From Microbacteriaceae bacterium (GTDB lineage: Bacteria > Actinomycetota > Actinomycetes > Actinomycetales > Microbacteriaceae): 64,000 nt of DNA. The stretch's first letter is position 1; each line of letters starts with the position of its first letter. The notes under the pieces are model-generated. The model worked only from the letters and a program-made list of their open reading frames with translations, did no database searches and had not been told where the DNA came from. The stretch lies in assembly GCA_035556075.1 (NCBI GenBank), contig DATMFQ010000041.1, positions 11,429 to 75,428 of the forward strand, given 5' to 3'. Position numbers and translations under genes: made by a program. Positions 28,147-38,829 of this stretch are shown here, piece after piece.

Positions 28147-28279
28147 TCGCGGTCGTGGGCGTGTCGTTCAGGCCGTGCACCGGCGCCCGACTTACGCTCG
28201 ACCAAATAAATCTCTGCCAGAGCAAATGTTTAACCCTCAGGTAGAACTTGAAACTCAAGCCAGGCGACGGAGGCCGGAC

Positions 28280-29452
28280 GTGACGTCGAACCAGAACTAC
28301 CTCGCGATGATCAAGGTCGTCGGCATCGGCGGCGGCGGGGTCAACGCCGTCAACCGCATGATCGAGCTCGGCCTCAGCGGGGTGGAGTTCATCGCCATCA
28401 ACACCGACGCCCAGGCGCTCCTGCTCAGCGACGCCGACGTCAAGCTCGACATCGGTCGCGACCTCACGAAGGGACTCGGCGCGGGTGCCGACCCCGAGGT
28501 CGGGCGGCGCTCCGCGGAGGACCACGCCGAGGAGATCGAGGAGACGCTGCGCGGCGCCGACATGGTCTTCGTCACCGCCGGCGAGGGCGGCGGTACCGGC
28601 ACCGGCGGGGCCCCCGTCATCGCCCGCATCGCGAAGTCGATCGGTGCGCTCACCATCGGTGTCGTCACGAAGCCATTCGGCTTCGAGGGCAAGCGCCGCA
28701 TGCAGCAGGCCGAGCACGGGGTGCAGCGGCTCAAAGAAGAGGTCGACACGCTCATCGTCGTGCCGAACGACCGGCTGCTGGAGATCTCCGACCGCGGCAT
28801 CTCGATGCTCGAGGCCTTCCAGACCGCCGACCAGGTGCTGCTGGCCGGTGTGCAGGGCATCACCGACCTCATCACGACGCCCGGCCTCATCAACCTCGAC
28901 TTCGCCGACGTGAAGTCCGTCATGCAGGGCGCGGGCTCCGCGCTCATGGGCATCGGCTCCTCGCGCGGCGCCGACCGCGCGATCAAGGCCGCCGAGATCG
29001 CCGTGTCCTCGCCCCTGCTCGAGGCCTCGATCGAGGGGGCCCACGGCGTGCTGCTGTCGATCCAGGGTGGCTCGAACCTCGGCATCTTCGAGATCAACGA
29101 CGCCGCGAAACTCGTCCAGGAGGCGGTGCACCCCGAGGCGAACATCATCTTCGGTGCGGTCATCGACGACACGCTCGGCGACGAGGTGCGCGTCACCGTC
29201 ATCGCCGCGGGCTTCGACGGCGGCGAGCCGCCGGTCAAACCGCTCCCGGCGACCTCGTTCCAGGACACCGCCGAGGACACGCGGGAGTTGCCTGGCGTCC
29301 CGGCCGACAGTGCCGCGTCGAGCGACACGACCTCGGGCTATGGCGGTGCGCCGGTCGAGCCGGAGGCGACGCAGCCGAGCTACACGCCGCCGCAGCGTGA
29401 CGATTTCGGGGGCTTCGACGACGACCTCGACGTGCCGGAGTTCCTTAAGTAG
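28280..29452 (+). CDS. ftsZ: Cell division GTPase FtsZ
   Basis: Start trimmed to GTG giving [27 protein letters not shown], with GGAGG 6 nt upstream. Contains the tubulin signature [11 protein letters not shown] and the C-terminal [10 protein letters not shown] peptide. Confidence 0.96.
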   Translation: MTSNQNYLAMIKVVGIGGGGVNAVNRMIELGLSGVEFIAINTDAQALLLSDADVKLDIGRDLTKGLGAGADPEVGRRSAEDHAEEIEETLRGADMVFVTAGEGGGTGTGGAPVIARIAKSIGALTIGVVTKPFGFEGKRRMQQAEHGVQRLKEEVDTLIVVPNDRLLEISDRGISMLEAFQTADQVLLAGVQGITDLITTPGLINLDFADVKSVMQGAGSALMGIGSSRGADRAIKAAEIAVSSPLLEASIEGAHGVLLSIQGGSNLGIFEINDAAKLVQEAVHPEANIIFGAVIDDTLGDEVRVTVIAAGFDGGEPPVKPLPATSFQDTAEDTRELPGVPADSAASSDTTSGYGGAPVEPEATQPSYTPPQRDDFGGFDDDLDVPEFLK

Positions 29453-29462
29453 CCGCGAGCCG

Positions 29463-30164
29463 ATGACCGATCTCGACTCGGCAGCGCTCGCCGATCGTAC
29501 TGCGCGCGTCCTCGCGGACGTCGCCGACGCAGCGGCGGCAGCCGGGAGGAATGCGGGGGAGGTCACGACGATCGTCGTGACCAAATTCCACCCAGCGGAG
29601 CTCGTGCGTGCGCTCGCCGAGCTCGGGCAGCGGCACCTCGGCGAGTCCCGGTTGCAGGAATTCGCGCCGAAAGCCCAGTCGCTGCGCGACCTCGACCTCG
29701 ACTGGCACTTCATCGGCCAGCTTCAGTCGAAGAAGGCCGCGAGAGCGCTCGAGCACGCCGGCACCATCCACTCGCTCGACCGTCGCTCGCTGCTGACGGC
29801 GCTGGCAGCAAGTGGCCGCGCCGCTGACGTCTTCATCCAGGTCAACCTGACCGACGACCCCGCTCGCGGCGGGGTGTCAGCGGCAGATCTCCCCGAGTTC
29901 GCCGAGGCCGTGCTCGCGGTCCCGGCGCTCCGGCTCCGCGGCCTCATGGCGGTCGCGGGGCTCGGTGCCGAGCCGCGTGCCGAATTCGCTCGTGTCCGCG
30001 AGCTGCGTGACCGGCTGCTCACGCCGATCGCCCCCGCGGCCACCGCGCTGTCCATGGGCATGTCCGGCGACTACCGCGACGCGATTGCCGAAGGTGCGAC
30101 ACACCTCCGAATCGGCACCGCAATCACGGGAAAACGCCCCGACCCCGCATACGCTCGGAGCTGA
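29463..30164 (+). CDS. yggS: YggS/YlmE-family pyridoxal-phosphate homeostasis protein
   Basis: Start trimmed to ATG giving MTDLDSAAL... Contains VTKFHPAELVRAL, HFIGQLQSKKA and MGMSGDY motifs typical of the family. Confidence 0.88.
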   Translation: MTDLDSAALADRTARVLADVADAAAAAGRNAGEVTTIVVTKFHPAELVRALAELGQRHLGESRLQEFAPKAQSLRDLDLDWHFIGQLQSKKAARALEHAGTIHSLDRRSLLTALAASGRAADVFIQVNLTDDPARGGVSAADLPEFAEAVLAVPALRLRGLMAVAGLGAEPRAEFARVRELRDRLLTPIAPAATALSMGMSGDYRDAIAEGATHLRIGTAITGKRPDPAYARS

Positions 30165-30185
30165 CCCAAGACCGGGAGGATCACC

Positions 30186-30626
30186 ATGAGCAACCCGCTG
30201 CGCAAGTTCGGCGAGTACCTCGGGCTCGTCGAGCCCGGCGAGGAGTACCAGGACGAACCGGCGCCCGCCAGCGGCGTCGACGAGCCGGTCCGATCGGCTG
30301 CGGTGACCCCTATCCGACGGCATGCGCCACGGGCGACGGGAGCCGAGATGAACGAGATCCTCACAGTGCATCCGAGGGCCTTCAAAGATGTCAAGGTCAT
30401 CGCCGAGCACTTCCGCGACGGCGTCCCGGTCATCATCAACATCACGCAGATGTCCGAGTCGGAGGCCAGGCGTCTCATCGACTTCACCTGCGGGCTCGCC
30501 GAGGCCCTGTTCGGCAAGATGGAGCGCGTCACGGGCAAGGTCTTCCTGCTCTCGCCATCGCATGTCGCGATCAGCGGTGAGGGCGCCGACGCCTCCGACG
30601 AGCTCGACGCCTCATTCTTCGCCTGA
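30186..30626 (+). CDS. sepF: Cell division protein SepF
   Basis: N-terminal amphipathic MSNPLRKFGEYLGLV and a C-terminal SepF core (VIINITQMSESEARRLIDFTCGL). Confidence 0.92.
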   Translation: MSNPLRKFGEYLGLVEPGEEYQDEPAPASGVDEPVRSAAVTPIRRHAPRATGAEMNEILTVHPRAFKDVKVIAEHFRDGVPVIINITQMSESEARRLIDFTCGLAEALFGKMERVTGKVFLLSPSHVAISGEGADASDELDASFFA

Positions 30627-30684
30627 GCACCACGCCCGGTGCCGAACACACCGGTTCTCCAGCGCGCATTCGTAGGATGGATCG

Positions 30685-30984
30685 GTGTCCGTCGCGCAGA
30701 TCATCATCACCGTGCTCAGCACGCTGCTTCTGGTGTATCTGCTGGCGCTATGGCTGCGCATCGGGCTCGATCTCATGCTCGCGTTCGTGCGCGGCTGGCG
30801 GCCACGTGGGTTCATGCTCGTCGTCGCCGAGGTCACGTACACGATCACCGACCCGCCAGTGAAGGTGCTGCGTCAAGCGCTCCCGCCGCTGCGGATCGGC
30901 CCTGTCGCGCTCGACTTCTCGGTCGCGATTATCATGCTGGCGGTCATCCTGCTCATGACCGTCCTCGGAGCCTTGCTCGGCTAG
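30685..30984 (+). CDS. yggT: YggT/YlmG-family membrane protein
   Basis: 99 aa with two hydrophobic helices. It sits in the conserved position between sepF and divIVA. Confidence 0.8.
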   Translation: MSVAQIIITVLSTLLLVYLLALWLRIGLDLMLAFVRGWRPRGFMLVVAEVTYTITDPPVKVLRQALPPLRIGPVALDFSVAIIMLAVILLMTVLGALLG

Positions 30985-31036
30985 GCTTCACCCACCCCCT
31001 GAAGGTTCGACAAAGAAAGCTGCTGAGGTCACCACG

Positions 31037-31948
31037 ATGGCACTGACGCCGAATGACGTGCTGAATAAGCAATTTGCGACGACGCGGCTCAAGGAGGGCT
31101 ACGACCAGGACGAGGTCGATGACTTCCTCGACGAAGTCCTCGCCGAGTTCCAGCGTCTGATCGCGGAGAACGACAAGCTCAAGGCGCAGCTCGCCGCCGC
31201 GCCCGCGGCCGCCGCGATTGGGTCGGCGGGGGACAGCGGCGAGGCCGACTCGCTGCGTGCACAGCTCGCCGCGGCCCAGCAGCAGGCCACCGAGCTCCAG
31301 TCGCAGCTCGAGCAGGTGAAGGAGCAGTCCGGCGCGATCGACGGCATGGGCAGCGCTGAGTACCTGCAGCTCGCCCGCCGGGTCCACGAGGAGCACGTCC
31401 GTGAGGGCGTCGTCAAGCGCGACCAGCTCATCGCCGAGGGTCAGGAGCAGGCCCAGACGCTCATCAGCGAGGCGCAGACGAAGGCCGAGTCGGTCGTCGT
31501 CGCCGCGCAGAACCGTGCCTCCTCGCTTGTCAATGAGGCGCAGGCCTCGGCGAACACCATCACGAACGAGGCGCAGGCGAAGGCCGATGAACTGGTCGCG
31601 GACGCGAAGCGTCGCTACGACAGCCAGGTCGTCGAGCTCTCGCAGGAGGTCGCCGCGCTGACGAACTCGAAGACGGAGCTCGACGAGTCGGTCGCGCAGC
31701 TTCAGGAGTTCGAGCGCAACTACCGCTCCTCGCTCCGCAGCTACCTCGAGACGCAGCTGCGCGAGCTCGGCACCGACGCTGCGCCCGCGGCGTCGACCGG
31801 CTCGCAGCCCAGTGGCCAGGCAACCGGCGGGCAGCCGACGGTCACGGCCACCGGTGAGCAGCCCTCGGTCGAGGCGCCCGAGCCGCCCGTGCCGGGCCTC
31901 GGTGCCGAAACCGGCGAGCAGCCGGGCACGCCTCGTTTTGGCTACTGA
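31037..31948 (+). CDS. divIVA: DivIVA/Wag31 polar growth and division scaffold
   Basis: MALTPNDVLNKQFATTRLKEGYDQDEVDDFLDEV N-terminal DivIVA domain followed by a long coiled coil. Confidence 0.93.
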   Translation: MALTPNDVLNKQFATTRLKEGYDQDEVDDFLDEVLAEFQRLIAENDKLKAQLAAAPAAAAIGSAGDSGEADSLRAQLAAAQQQATELQSQLEQVKEQSGAIDGMGSAEYLQLARRVHEEHVREGVVKRDQLIAEGQEQAQTLISEAQTKAESVVVAAQNRASSLVNEAQASANTITNEAQAKADELVADAKRRYDSQVVELSQEVAALTNSKTELDESVAQLQEFERNYRSSLRSYLETQLRELGTDAAPAASTGSQPSGQATGGQPTVTATGEQPSVEAPEPPVPGLGAETGEQPGTPRFGY

Positions 31949-31964
31949 GGCGCCGCAGTCGAAG

Positions 31965-32528
31965 GTGAGGATTGGCGCGCTCGCGCTCGTCCTTGGTCTG
32001 GCCGTCACGGTCCTCGCGCTCGACCAGCTCGCGAAGGCCTGGGTGGTCGCGAGCCTGACGGAGTGGCAGGTCATCGACGTCCTCGGCGAGGCGCTGCAGT
32101 TTGTGTTCGTGCGGAACCCGGGCGCGGCATTCTCGCTGGGCGGCGGCGTCACCTGGATCTTCGCGATCCTCGCGGCAGCGGTCGCGGTCGTCATCGTCGT
32201 GTTCGCCCGTCGGATCCGCTCGCTCGCCTGGGCGACGGTCTTCGGCATGCTGCTCGGCGGCGTGCTCGGCAATCTCACGGACCGACTCCTGCGCGAGCCG
32301 GGGTTCGGCACCGGTCATGTCATCGACTTCATCAAGATCTGGGGCTTCCCCGCGATCTTCAATGTCGCGGACATCGCGATCACCGGGAGCATGGTGCTGC
32401 TCGTGCTGCTCACCCTGTTCGGGATCGGGCTTGACGGTTCGCGGCAGCGCAAGGCGACGCTCTCCGGTTCGCCCGCTGCGTCCGACGCGACGGCCGACGT
32501 CCCCCCGGCACCGCCGAAGCAACCATGA
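31965..32528 (+). CDS. lspA: Lipoprotein signal peptidase II
   Basis: [11 protein letters not shown] and [12 protein letters not shown] motifs. The start was chosen at GTG 31965 just after the divIVA stop, but an upstream TTG is possible. Confidence 0.85.
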   Translation: MRIGALALVLGLAVTVLALDQLAKAWVVASLTEWQVIDVLGEALQFVFVRNPGAAFSLGGGVTWIFAILAAAVAVVIVVFARRIRSLAWATVFGMLLGGVLGNLTDRLLREPGFGTGHVIDFIKIWGFPAIFNVADIAITGSMVLLVLLTLFGIGLDGSRQRKATLSGSPAASDATADVPPAPPKQP

Positions 32529-33445
32529 CCAGCCGTAGCCTCCCGGTGCCGGACGGACTGCACGGGGAGCGCGCGGACGCCGCCCTGGCAAAACTCCTCG
32601 GGCTGTCGAGGACATTCGCCGCGGAGGTGCTCACGGCGGGCGGCGCGCAGCAGGATGGCGTCCTGCTGAGCAAATCCGACCGACTGCGAGCGGGCGCCTG
32701 GCTCGAGGTCGAGTGGGCCGAGCGCGTCGAGCCGCAGCTCGTCGCGGAGGTCGTGGAAGGCGTGCGCATCCTGCTCGAGGACGACGACATCATCGTCGTC
32801 GATAAACCGGCCGGGGTCGCCGCCCACCCCTCGCTCGGGTGGGATGGTCCGACCGTCGTGGGCGCTCTCGCTGGTCTCGGGCGTCGGGTCTCCACCAGCG
32901 GCGCCGCGGAGCGGCAAGGGATCGTCCACCGGCTCGATGCGGGCACAAGCGGACTCATGGTCGTCGCGAGCTCTGAGCGGGCCTACACCGAGCTCAAGCG
33001 GCAGTTCCACGACCGCGAGGTGACCAAGATCTATCACGCGCTCGTCCAGGGACACCCTGACCCGCTCGTCGGCACGATCGACGCGCCGGTGGGGCGCCAC
33101 CCCTCGACCGGCTGGCGCTTCGCCGTCACCGCGGACGGGAAGCATGCCGTCACCCACTACGAGACGCTCGAGGCATTCCCGGGTGCCTCCCTGCTCGAGA
33201 TCCAGCTCGAGACGGGACGCACACACCAGATTCGGGTCCATATGTCGGCGCAGCGTCACCCCTGCTGCGGCGACACGCTGTATGGCGCCGACCCGACGCT
33301 GAGCGAGCGCCTCGGGCTCACCCGGCAGTGGCTCCACGCGCACCGGCTCGGCTTCACGCACCCGGCGACCGGGGAATGGGTCGAGGTGACCAGCCCGTAT
33401 CCGCCTGACCTTCAGGCCGCGCTCGAAGTGATCGCCGCGGTCTGA
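32525..33445 (+). CDS. rluD: RluA-family 23S rRNA pseudouridine synthase (RluD-like)
   Basis: ATGA overlap with lspA. N-terminal S4-like region and catalytic [14 protein letters not shown]. Confidence 0.9.
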   Translation: MTSRSLPVPDGLHGERADAALAKLLGLSRTFAAEVLTAGGAQQDGVLLSKSDRLRAGAWLEVEWAERVEPQLVAEVVEGVRILLEDDDIIVVDKPAGVAAHPSLGWDGPTVVGALAGLGRRVSTSGAAERQGIVHRLDAGTSGLMVVASSERAYTELKRQFHDREVTKIYHALVQGHPDPLVGTIDAPVGRHPSTGWRFAVTADGKHAVTHYETLEAFPGASLLEIQLETGRTHQIRVHMSAQRHPCCGDTLYGADPTLSERLGLTRQWLHAHRLGFTHPATGEWVEVTSPYPPDLQAALEVIAAV

Positions 33446-33493
33446 CGGCGTGGACCCCAGGCCGGGGTCAATGGTCCCGGTTATGGTCGATGC

Positions 33494-36400
33494 ATGGCCT
33501 CCGGGGACTCCTTCGCGCATCTGCACGTCCACACGGAGTACTCGATGCTCGACGGCGCGGCGCGCGTCGGGGAGCTCCTCGACGAGGCCGTCGCCCTCGG
33601 CATGCCAGCGATCGCGATCACCGACCATGGCAACAATTTCGGCGCATTCGAGTTCTGGCGTCAGGCGAAGGCCCGGGGCATCAAGCCGATCATCGGCACT
33701 GAGGCGTACCTGACCCCCGGCACGCACCGCAGCGACAAGACGCGCGTGCGCTGGGCCGAGGGCGAGGGGCTCAACGCCGATGACGTCGGTGGCGGCGGGG
33801 CCTACACGCACATGACGCTGCTGGCTGAGACCACCGAGGGCATGCAGAACCTCTTCCGGCTCTCGTCGCTCGCCTCGCTCGAGGGCCAGTACTTCAAGCC
33901 TCGGATGGACCGCGAGCTCCTCGCGCAGTACTCGACGGGCATCATCGCGACGACCGGATGCGTCGGCGGCGAAGTGCAGACCCGGCTGCGGCTCGGACAG
34001 TACGAGGAGGCGCGGCAGGCGGCCGCGGAGTTCCGCGACATCTTCGGCGCCGAGAATTTCTACGCCGAGATCATGGACCACGGCATCGAGATCGAGCGGC
34101 GCACCCAGGCGGAGCTGCTCCGGCTCGCCAAGGATCTGGGGCTGCCGCTGGTGGCCACCAACGATCTGCACTACACGCATTCGCATGACGCTGCCGCGCA
34201 CGCGGCCCTGCTGTGCGTCCAGTCGGGCTCCACGATGCACGACCCGAAGCGATTCAAATTCGACGCCGATGAGTTCTATCTCAAGTCACCCGCCGAGATG
34301 CGCCACCTGTTCCGGGACTATCCGGAGGCCTGCGACGCGACGCTGCTCATCGCGGAGCGGTGCAACGCCGAGTTCGATCCACAGGAGGGGCGCTACATGG
34401 CGCGCTTCCCGGTCCCGGAGGGCGAGACCGACGTCAGTTGGTTCCGCAAGGAGGTCGATCGGGGGCTTGCCGCGCGATATCCCGACGGGATCACGGAGCG
34501 CGTGCGCCAGCAGGCCGACTACGAGATGGACGTCATCATCTCCAAGGGCTACGCGAGCTACTTCCTCGTCGTCGCCGATTTCATCAACTGGTCCAAGAAC
34601 AATGGCATCCGGGTGGGCCCCGGACGTGGCTCCGGCGCTGGCTCGATCGCCGCGTACGCGATGCGCATCACCGACCTCGACCCCCTCGAGCACGGCCTCA
34701 TCTTCGAGCGATTCCTCAACCCCGAGCGCGAGTCGATGCCGGACTTCGACGTCGACTTCGACGACCGCCGCCGGGGCGAGGTCATCCGGTACGTCACCGA
34801 GAAGTACGGGTCGGACCATGTCGCCCAGATCGTCACCTACGGGACGATCGCCGCGAAGCAGGCGCTCAAGGACGCGGCGCGGGTGCTCGGGCACCCCTTC
34901 GCGATGGGGGACCGGCTGACGAAGGCGATGCCCGACCCGGCGCAGGGGCACAACATGCCGCTGGCGAGCGTCTTCGACCCGGGTGCCGATCGATACCACG
35001 AGGCGAAGGACCTCCGCGAGATCATCGAGGGCGATCCGGAGGCGCGTGTCGTGTTCGACACGGCAGTCGGCCTCGAGGGGCTGCGGCGGCAGTGGGGCGT
35101 GCACGCCGCCGGGGTCATCCTCTCGAGCGAGCCGCTGCTCGACGTCATCCCGATCATGCGTCGGGAGCAGGACGGCCAGATCATCACGCAGTTCGACTAC
35201 CCCGCTGCCGAAGCGCTCGGGCTTGTCAAGATGGACTTCCTCGGGCTCAGAAACCTCACCATCATCGATGATGCGCTCGACAACATCGAGGCCAACCGCG
35301 GCCACCGTCCCGTCCTCGAGGACCTCCCCTTCACCGACGAGGCCACATACCGGCTGCTGTCGAGCGGGGAGACGCTCGGCGTCTTCCAACTCGACTCGGG
35401 GCCACTGCGCTCGCTGCTCAAGCTCATGCGCCCCGACAGCTTCGAGGACATCTCCGCGGTCATCGCGCTGTACCGGCCAGGCCCGATGGGCGCCGACTCC
35501 CACACGAACTACGCGCTGCGCAAGAACGGGCAGCAGCCGATCACCCCCATTCATCCCGAGCTCGAGACGCCGCTGGCCGACATCCTCGAGGAGAGCTACG
35601 GGCTCATCATCTACCAGGAGCAGGTCATGGCGATCGCCCAGCGCGTCGCCGGGTACTCGCTGGGGCAGGCCGACCTGCTGCGACGGGCGATGGGCAAGAA
35701 GAAGAAGGAGATCCTCGACCAGGAGTTCGCGCCGTTCTCCGAGGGCATGCGCGCGAACGGCTTCTCTGACGCCGCGATCACCAAGCTCTGGGACATCCTG
35801 GTGCCCTTCTCCGACTATGCCTTCAACAAGGCGCACTCGGCCGCGTACGGCGTCATTTCCTACTGGACGGCGTACCTCAAGGCGCACTATCCCGCGGAGT
35901 ACATGGCGGCGCTGCTGACGAGCGTCGGTGACAAGAAGGACACCATGGCGATCTACCTCGCCGAGTGCCGCCGCATGGGGATCAAGGTCCTGGCGCCGGA
36001 CGTCAACGAGTCGGTCGCCTTCTTCAGCGCCGCGGGCGAGGACATCCGCTTCGGCCTCGGCGCGGTGCGCAACGTCGGCTTCGGTGCGGTCGAGCAGATC
36101 CGGGCGGCGCGGGAGGAGCATGGCGCCTTCACCGGCCTCCACGACTTCCTCACGAAGATCCCGCTCGCCGTGGTCAACAAGCGCACGGTGGAATCGCTGA
36201 TCAAGGCCGGGGCCTTCGACTCGCTCCACCCCGTCCGCCGGGCCCTCTACGAGGTGCACGAGGAGGCGGTCGAGGCGGCCGTCAGCATCAAGCGCAACGA
36301 GGCGAGCGGCATGGTCGGATTCGACTTCGACTCGCTGTGGGACGAGCCGGAGCAGGCCGTCGATGTCGTGCCCGAGCTCCCCGAGTGGGCAAAGCGCGAC

Positions 36401-37027
36401 AAACTCGCCTTCGAGCGGGAGATGCTCGGGCTCTACGTCTCCGATCACCCGCTCGCCGGGTTCGAGCAGCAGCTCCAGTCGCTCGCGACGCATTCGATCG
36501 GGACCCTCCTGGCGGGGGACGGGCTCGAGGATGGTCAGGTCGTCACGATCGCCGGTCTCGTCACCGCGGCGCAGCAGCGCATCGCGAAGTCGAGCGGGAA
36601 TCCGTGGGGCATGCTGACCGTGCAGGACTTCGGCGGCGAGATCCAGGTGTCCTTCTTTGCCAAGAACTACCTCGAGTTCTGGCCGCTCGTCGCCGAAGAC
36701 GCCATCGTCGTCATCAAGGGGCGACTGCAGCAGCGCGACGACGGCTGGACGATCATGGGGCAGACCATCCGGGTCCCGGAGCTCGCCTCCCTCGGCGCGT
36801 CGTCGACCGCGCCGCTGACGCTGCGCATCCGCGAGTCCGCGGCGACGAGTGATCGGATTGCCCAGCTCGAGGCGGCGCTGCGGCGCCACCCTGGCGAGGC
36901 GGAGGTACGCCTCCTGCTGCTGCGGGAGTCGAGTGCGGGCCTCTTCGAGCTCCCGCACCGGGTCGACCGCGGACCCAACCTCACCTCGGAGCTCAAAGCC
37001 CTGCTCGGTGCCCGGGCCTTCAGCTGA
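33494..37027 (+). CDS. dnaE: DNA polymerase III alpha subunit
   Basis: 1177 aa. PHP domain FAHLHVHTEYSMLDGA and polymerase core (DFDVDFDD, FNKAHSAAY). No intein-sized insertion. Confidence 0.96.
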   Translation: MASGDSFAHLHVHTEYSMLDGAARVGELLDEAVALGMPAIAITDHGNNFGAFEFWRQAKARGIKPIIGTEAYLTPGTHRSDKTRVRWAEGEGLNADDVGGGGAYTHMTLLAETTEGMQNLFRLSSLASLEGQYFKPRMDRELLAQYSTGIIATTGCVGGEVQTRLRLGQYEEARQAAAEFRDIFGAENFYAEIMDHGIEIERRTQAELLRLAKDLGLPLVATNDLHYTHSHDAAAHAALLCVQSGSTMHDPKRFKFDADEFYLKSPAEMRHLFRDYPEACDATLLIAERCNAEFDPQEGRYMARFPVPEGETDVSWFRKEVDRGLAARYPDGITERVRQQADYEMDVIISKGYASYFLVVADFINWSKNNGIRVGPGRGSGAGSIAAYAMRITDLDPLEHGLIFERFLNPERESMPDFDVDFDDRRRGEVIRYVTEKYGSDHVAQIVTYGTIAAKQALKDAARVLGHPFAMGDRLTKAMPDPAQGHNMPLASVFDPGADRYHEAKDLREIIEGDPEARVVFDTAVGLEGLRRQWGVHAAGVILSSEPLLDVIPIMRREQDGQIITQFDYPAAEALGLVKMDFLGLRNLTIIDDALDNIEANRGHRPVLEDLPFTDEATYRLLSSGETLGVFQLDSGPLRSLLKLMRPDSFEDISAVIALYRPGPMGADSHTNYALRKNGQQPITPIHPELETPLADILEESYGLIIYQEQVMAIAQRVAGYSLGQADLLRRAMGKKKKEILDQEFAPFSEGMRANGFSDAAITKLWDILVPFSDYAFNKAHSAAYGVISYWTAYLKAHYPAEYMAALLTSVGDKKDTMAIYLAECRRMGIKVLAPDVNESVAFFSAAGEDIRFGLGAVRNVGFGAVEQIRAAREEHGAFTGLHDFLTKIPLAVVNKRTVESLIKAGAFDSLHPVRRALYEVHEEAVEAAVSIKRNEASGMVGFDFDSLWDEPEQAVDVVPELPEWAKRDKLAFEREMLGLYVSDHPLAGFEQQLQSLATHSIGTLLAGDGLEDGQVVTIAGLVTAAQQRIAKSSGNPWGMLTVQDFGGEIQVSFFAKNYLEFWPLVAEDAIVVIKGRLQQRDDGWTIMGQTIRVPELASLGASSTAPLTLRIRESAATSDRIAQLEAALRRHPGEAEVRLLLLRESSAGLFELPHRVDRGPNLTSELKALLGARAFS

Positions 37028-37069
37028 GCCACGAAGGCGTCCCGGGCTCCTGGCCTAGGCTGTGTCCTT

Positions 37070-38368
37070 GTGATCCGCACCATCGACCTGCGCGGCCGGT
37101 CACTGACGGCGGCCGACCTGCACGCGATCCTGCCGCGCCCGGCGGTCGACGTCACGGCGGCATCCGCGGCAGCCGCGGCGCTCATTGACGATGTCCGTGC
37201 GCGGGGTGCCGCGGCCCTCGCCGAGCAGGCGACGCGCTTCGACGCGGGCGCGCCCGCGACCGTGCGCGTGGCGACGGCGGAGATCCAGGCGGCCGTCGCG
37301 GGACTCGACCCCCGCATTCGTGCCGCCCTCGAGGAGGCCATCCGCCGCGTGCGGCTCGCGTCCGCCGCCCAGGTGCCGCTGCCGACCTCGACCGAGCTCG
37401 CCACTGGCGGCGTGGTGCGACAGCGCTGGCAGCCGGTGCGCCGCGTCGGCCTCTACGTGCCGGGCGGCAAAGCGGTCTACCCATCGAGTGTCGTCATGAA
37501 TGTGGTGCCCGCCCAGGTCGCCGGTGTCGCCTCCATCGCGCTCGCCTCGCCCTCGCAGGCGGGCGGCGGCGTCCACCCGACGATTCTCGCGGCGGCGGGG
37601 CTCCTCGGCATCGACGAGGTGTACGCCATGGGGGGTGCCGGCGCGATTGGCGCGCTCGCGTACGGCGTCGCGGAGCTCGGCCTCGCGCCGGTGGACGTCA
37701 TCACCGGTCCCGGCAATGTGTACGTCGCGGCCGCGAAGCGCCTCGTCAAGGGTCAGGTCGGCATCGACGCGGAGGCGGGACCGACGGAGATCCTCGTCAT
37801 CGCGGATGCGTCCGCCGATGCCGAGATCGTCGCCGCGGACCTCGTCTCGCAGGCGGAGCACGATGAGCTCGCGGCGGCGGTGCTCGTCACCGACTCGGCG
37901 CCACTGGCCGAAGCGGTCGCGCAGGCCCTCAGTCGCTTGGTGCCGGACACCCGTCACGCCACGCGCGTGGCGACCGCGCTGCGATCGCAACAGTCGGCGA
38001 TCGTCCTCGTCGATGACCTCAGCATGGCCGCGCGGGTCAGCAACGCCTACGGTCCCGAGCACCTCGAGATCCAGACCGCCGACCCCGAGGCGGTCCTCGC
38101 CGAGATCCATTCGGCCGGGGCGATCTTCCTCGGCGCCCACACGCCGGTCAGCCTCGGCGACTATCTCGCCGGCTCGAACCACGTGCTGCCGACCGGCGGC
38201 CAGTCGCGGTTCAGCAGCGGCCTCAGCGCGATGGCGTTCCTCCGGCCACAGCAGGTCGTCGAGTACTCGCGCGAGGCGCTCGCCGAGGTGCGGGCCGGGC
38301 TGGTGGCGCTCGCGACGGCCGAGGACCTGCCGGCACACGGCGAGGCCGTCGAGGCGAGGTTCCGCTGA
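37070..38368 (+). CDS. hisD: Histidinol dehydrogenase
   Basis: 432 aa with [12 protein letters not shown] and [10 protein letters not shown] motifs. Confidence 0.93.
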   Translation: MIRTIDLRGRSLTAADLHAILPRPAVDVTAASAAAAALIDDVRARGAAALAEQATRFDAGAPATVRVATAEIQAAVAGLDPRIRAALEEAIRRVRLASAAQVPLPTSTELATGGVVRQRWQPVRRVGLYVPGGKAVYPSSVVMNVVPAQVAGVASIALASPSQAGGGVHPTILAAAGLLGIDEVYAMGGAGAIGALAYGVAELGLAPVDVITGPGNVYVAAAKRLVKGQVGIDAEAGPTEILVIADASADAEIVAADLVSQAEHDELAAAVLVTDSAPLAEAVAQALSRLVPDTRHATRVATALRSQQSAIVLVDDLSMAARVSNAYGPEHLEIQTADPEAVLAEIHSAGAIFLGAHTPVSLGDYLAGSNHVLPTGGQSRFSSGLSAMAFLRPQQVVEYSREALAEVRAGLVALATAEDLPAHGEAVEARFR

Positions 38369-38829
38369 TGTTCTGCCCGTTCTGCCGCCACCCGGACTCC
38401 CGGGTCATCGATTCGCGCACGAGCGATGACGGGCTGTCGATTCGTCGCCGTCGGCAGTGCCCCGAATGCGGTGGCCGCTTCACGACGACGGAGACGGCGA
38501 CGCTCATGGTCATCAAACGCAACGGGGTTGTCGAGTCGTTCAGCCGCGACAAGGTCGCCGCGGGGGTCCGCAAGGCGGCGCAGGGCCGGCCGGTCGAGGA
38601 GTCGCAGCTCGCGGAGCTCGCGCAGCGGGTCGAGGAGACGATCCGGGCGACTGGGGCGTCGCAGATCGAGGCGAACGAGATCGGCCTCGCCATCCTCGGG
38701 CCGCTCAAGGAGCTCGACGAGGTGGCCTACATGCGCTTTGCGAGCGTGTACCAGGCCTTCGAATCGCTCGATGACTTCGAGCAGGCCATCGCGCGGCTGC
38801 GTGATGAGCACGGCGGTGCGGCGAGCTGA
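38368..38829 (+). CDS. nrdR: Transcriptional repressor NrdR
   Basis: MFCPFCRH...[10 protein letters not shown] zinc ribbon plus an ATP-cone. TGATG overlap with hisD. Confidence 0.95.
   Translation: MFCPFCRHPDSRVIDSRTSDDGLSIRRRRQCPECGGRFTTTETATLMVIKRNGVVESFSRDKVAAGVRKAAQGRPVEESQLAELAQRVEETIRATGASQIEANEIGLAILGPLKELDEVAYMRFASVYQAFESLDDFEQAIARLRDEHGGAAS

Noticed and set aside
28147-28279. The AT-richer ftsQ-ftsZ spacer, searched for explicit promoter hexamers.
   Set aside because: It is very likely the ftsZ promoter region, but I could not identify a convincing -35/-10 pair (TANNNT with proper spacing) by eye. No promoter coordinates are claimed.
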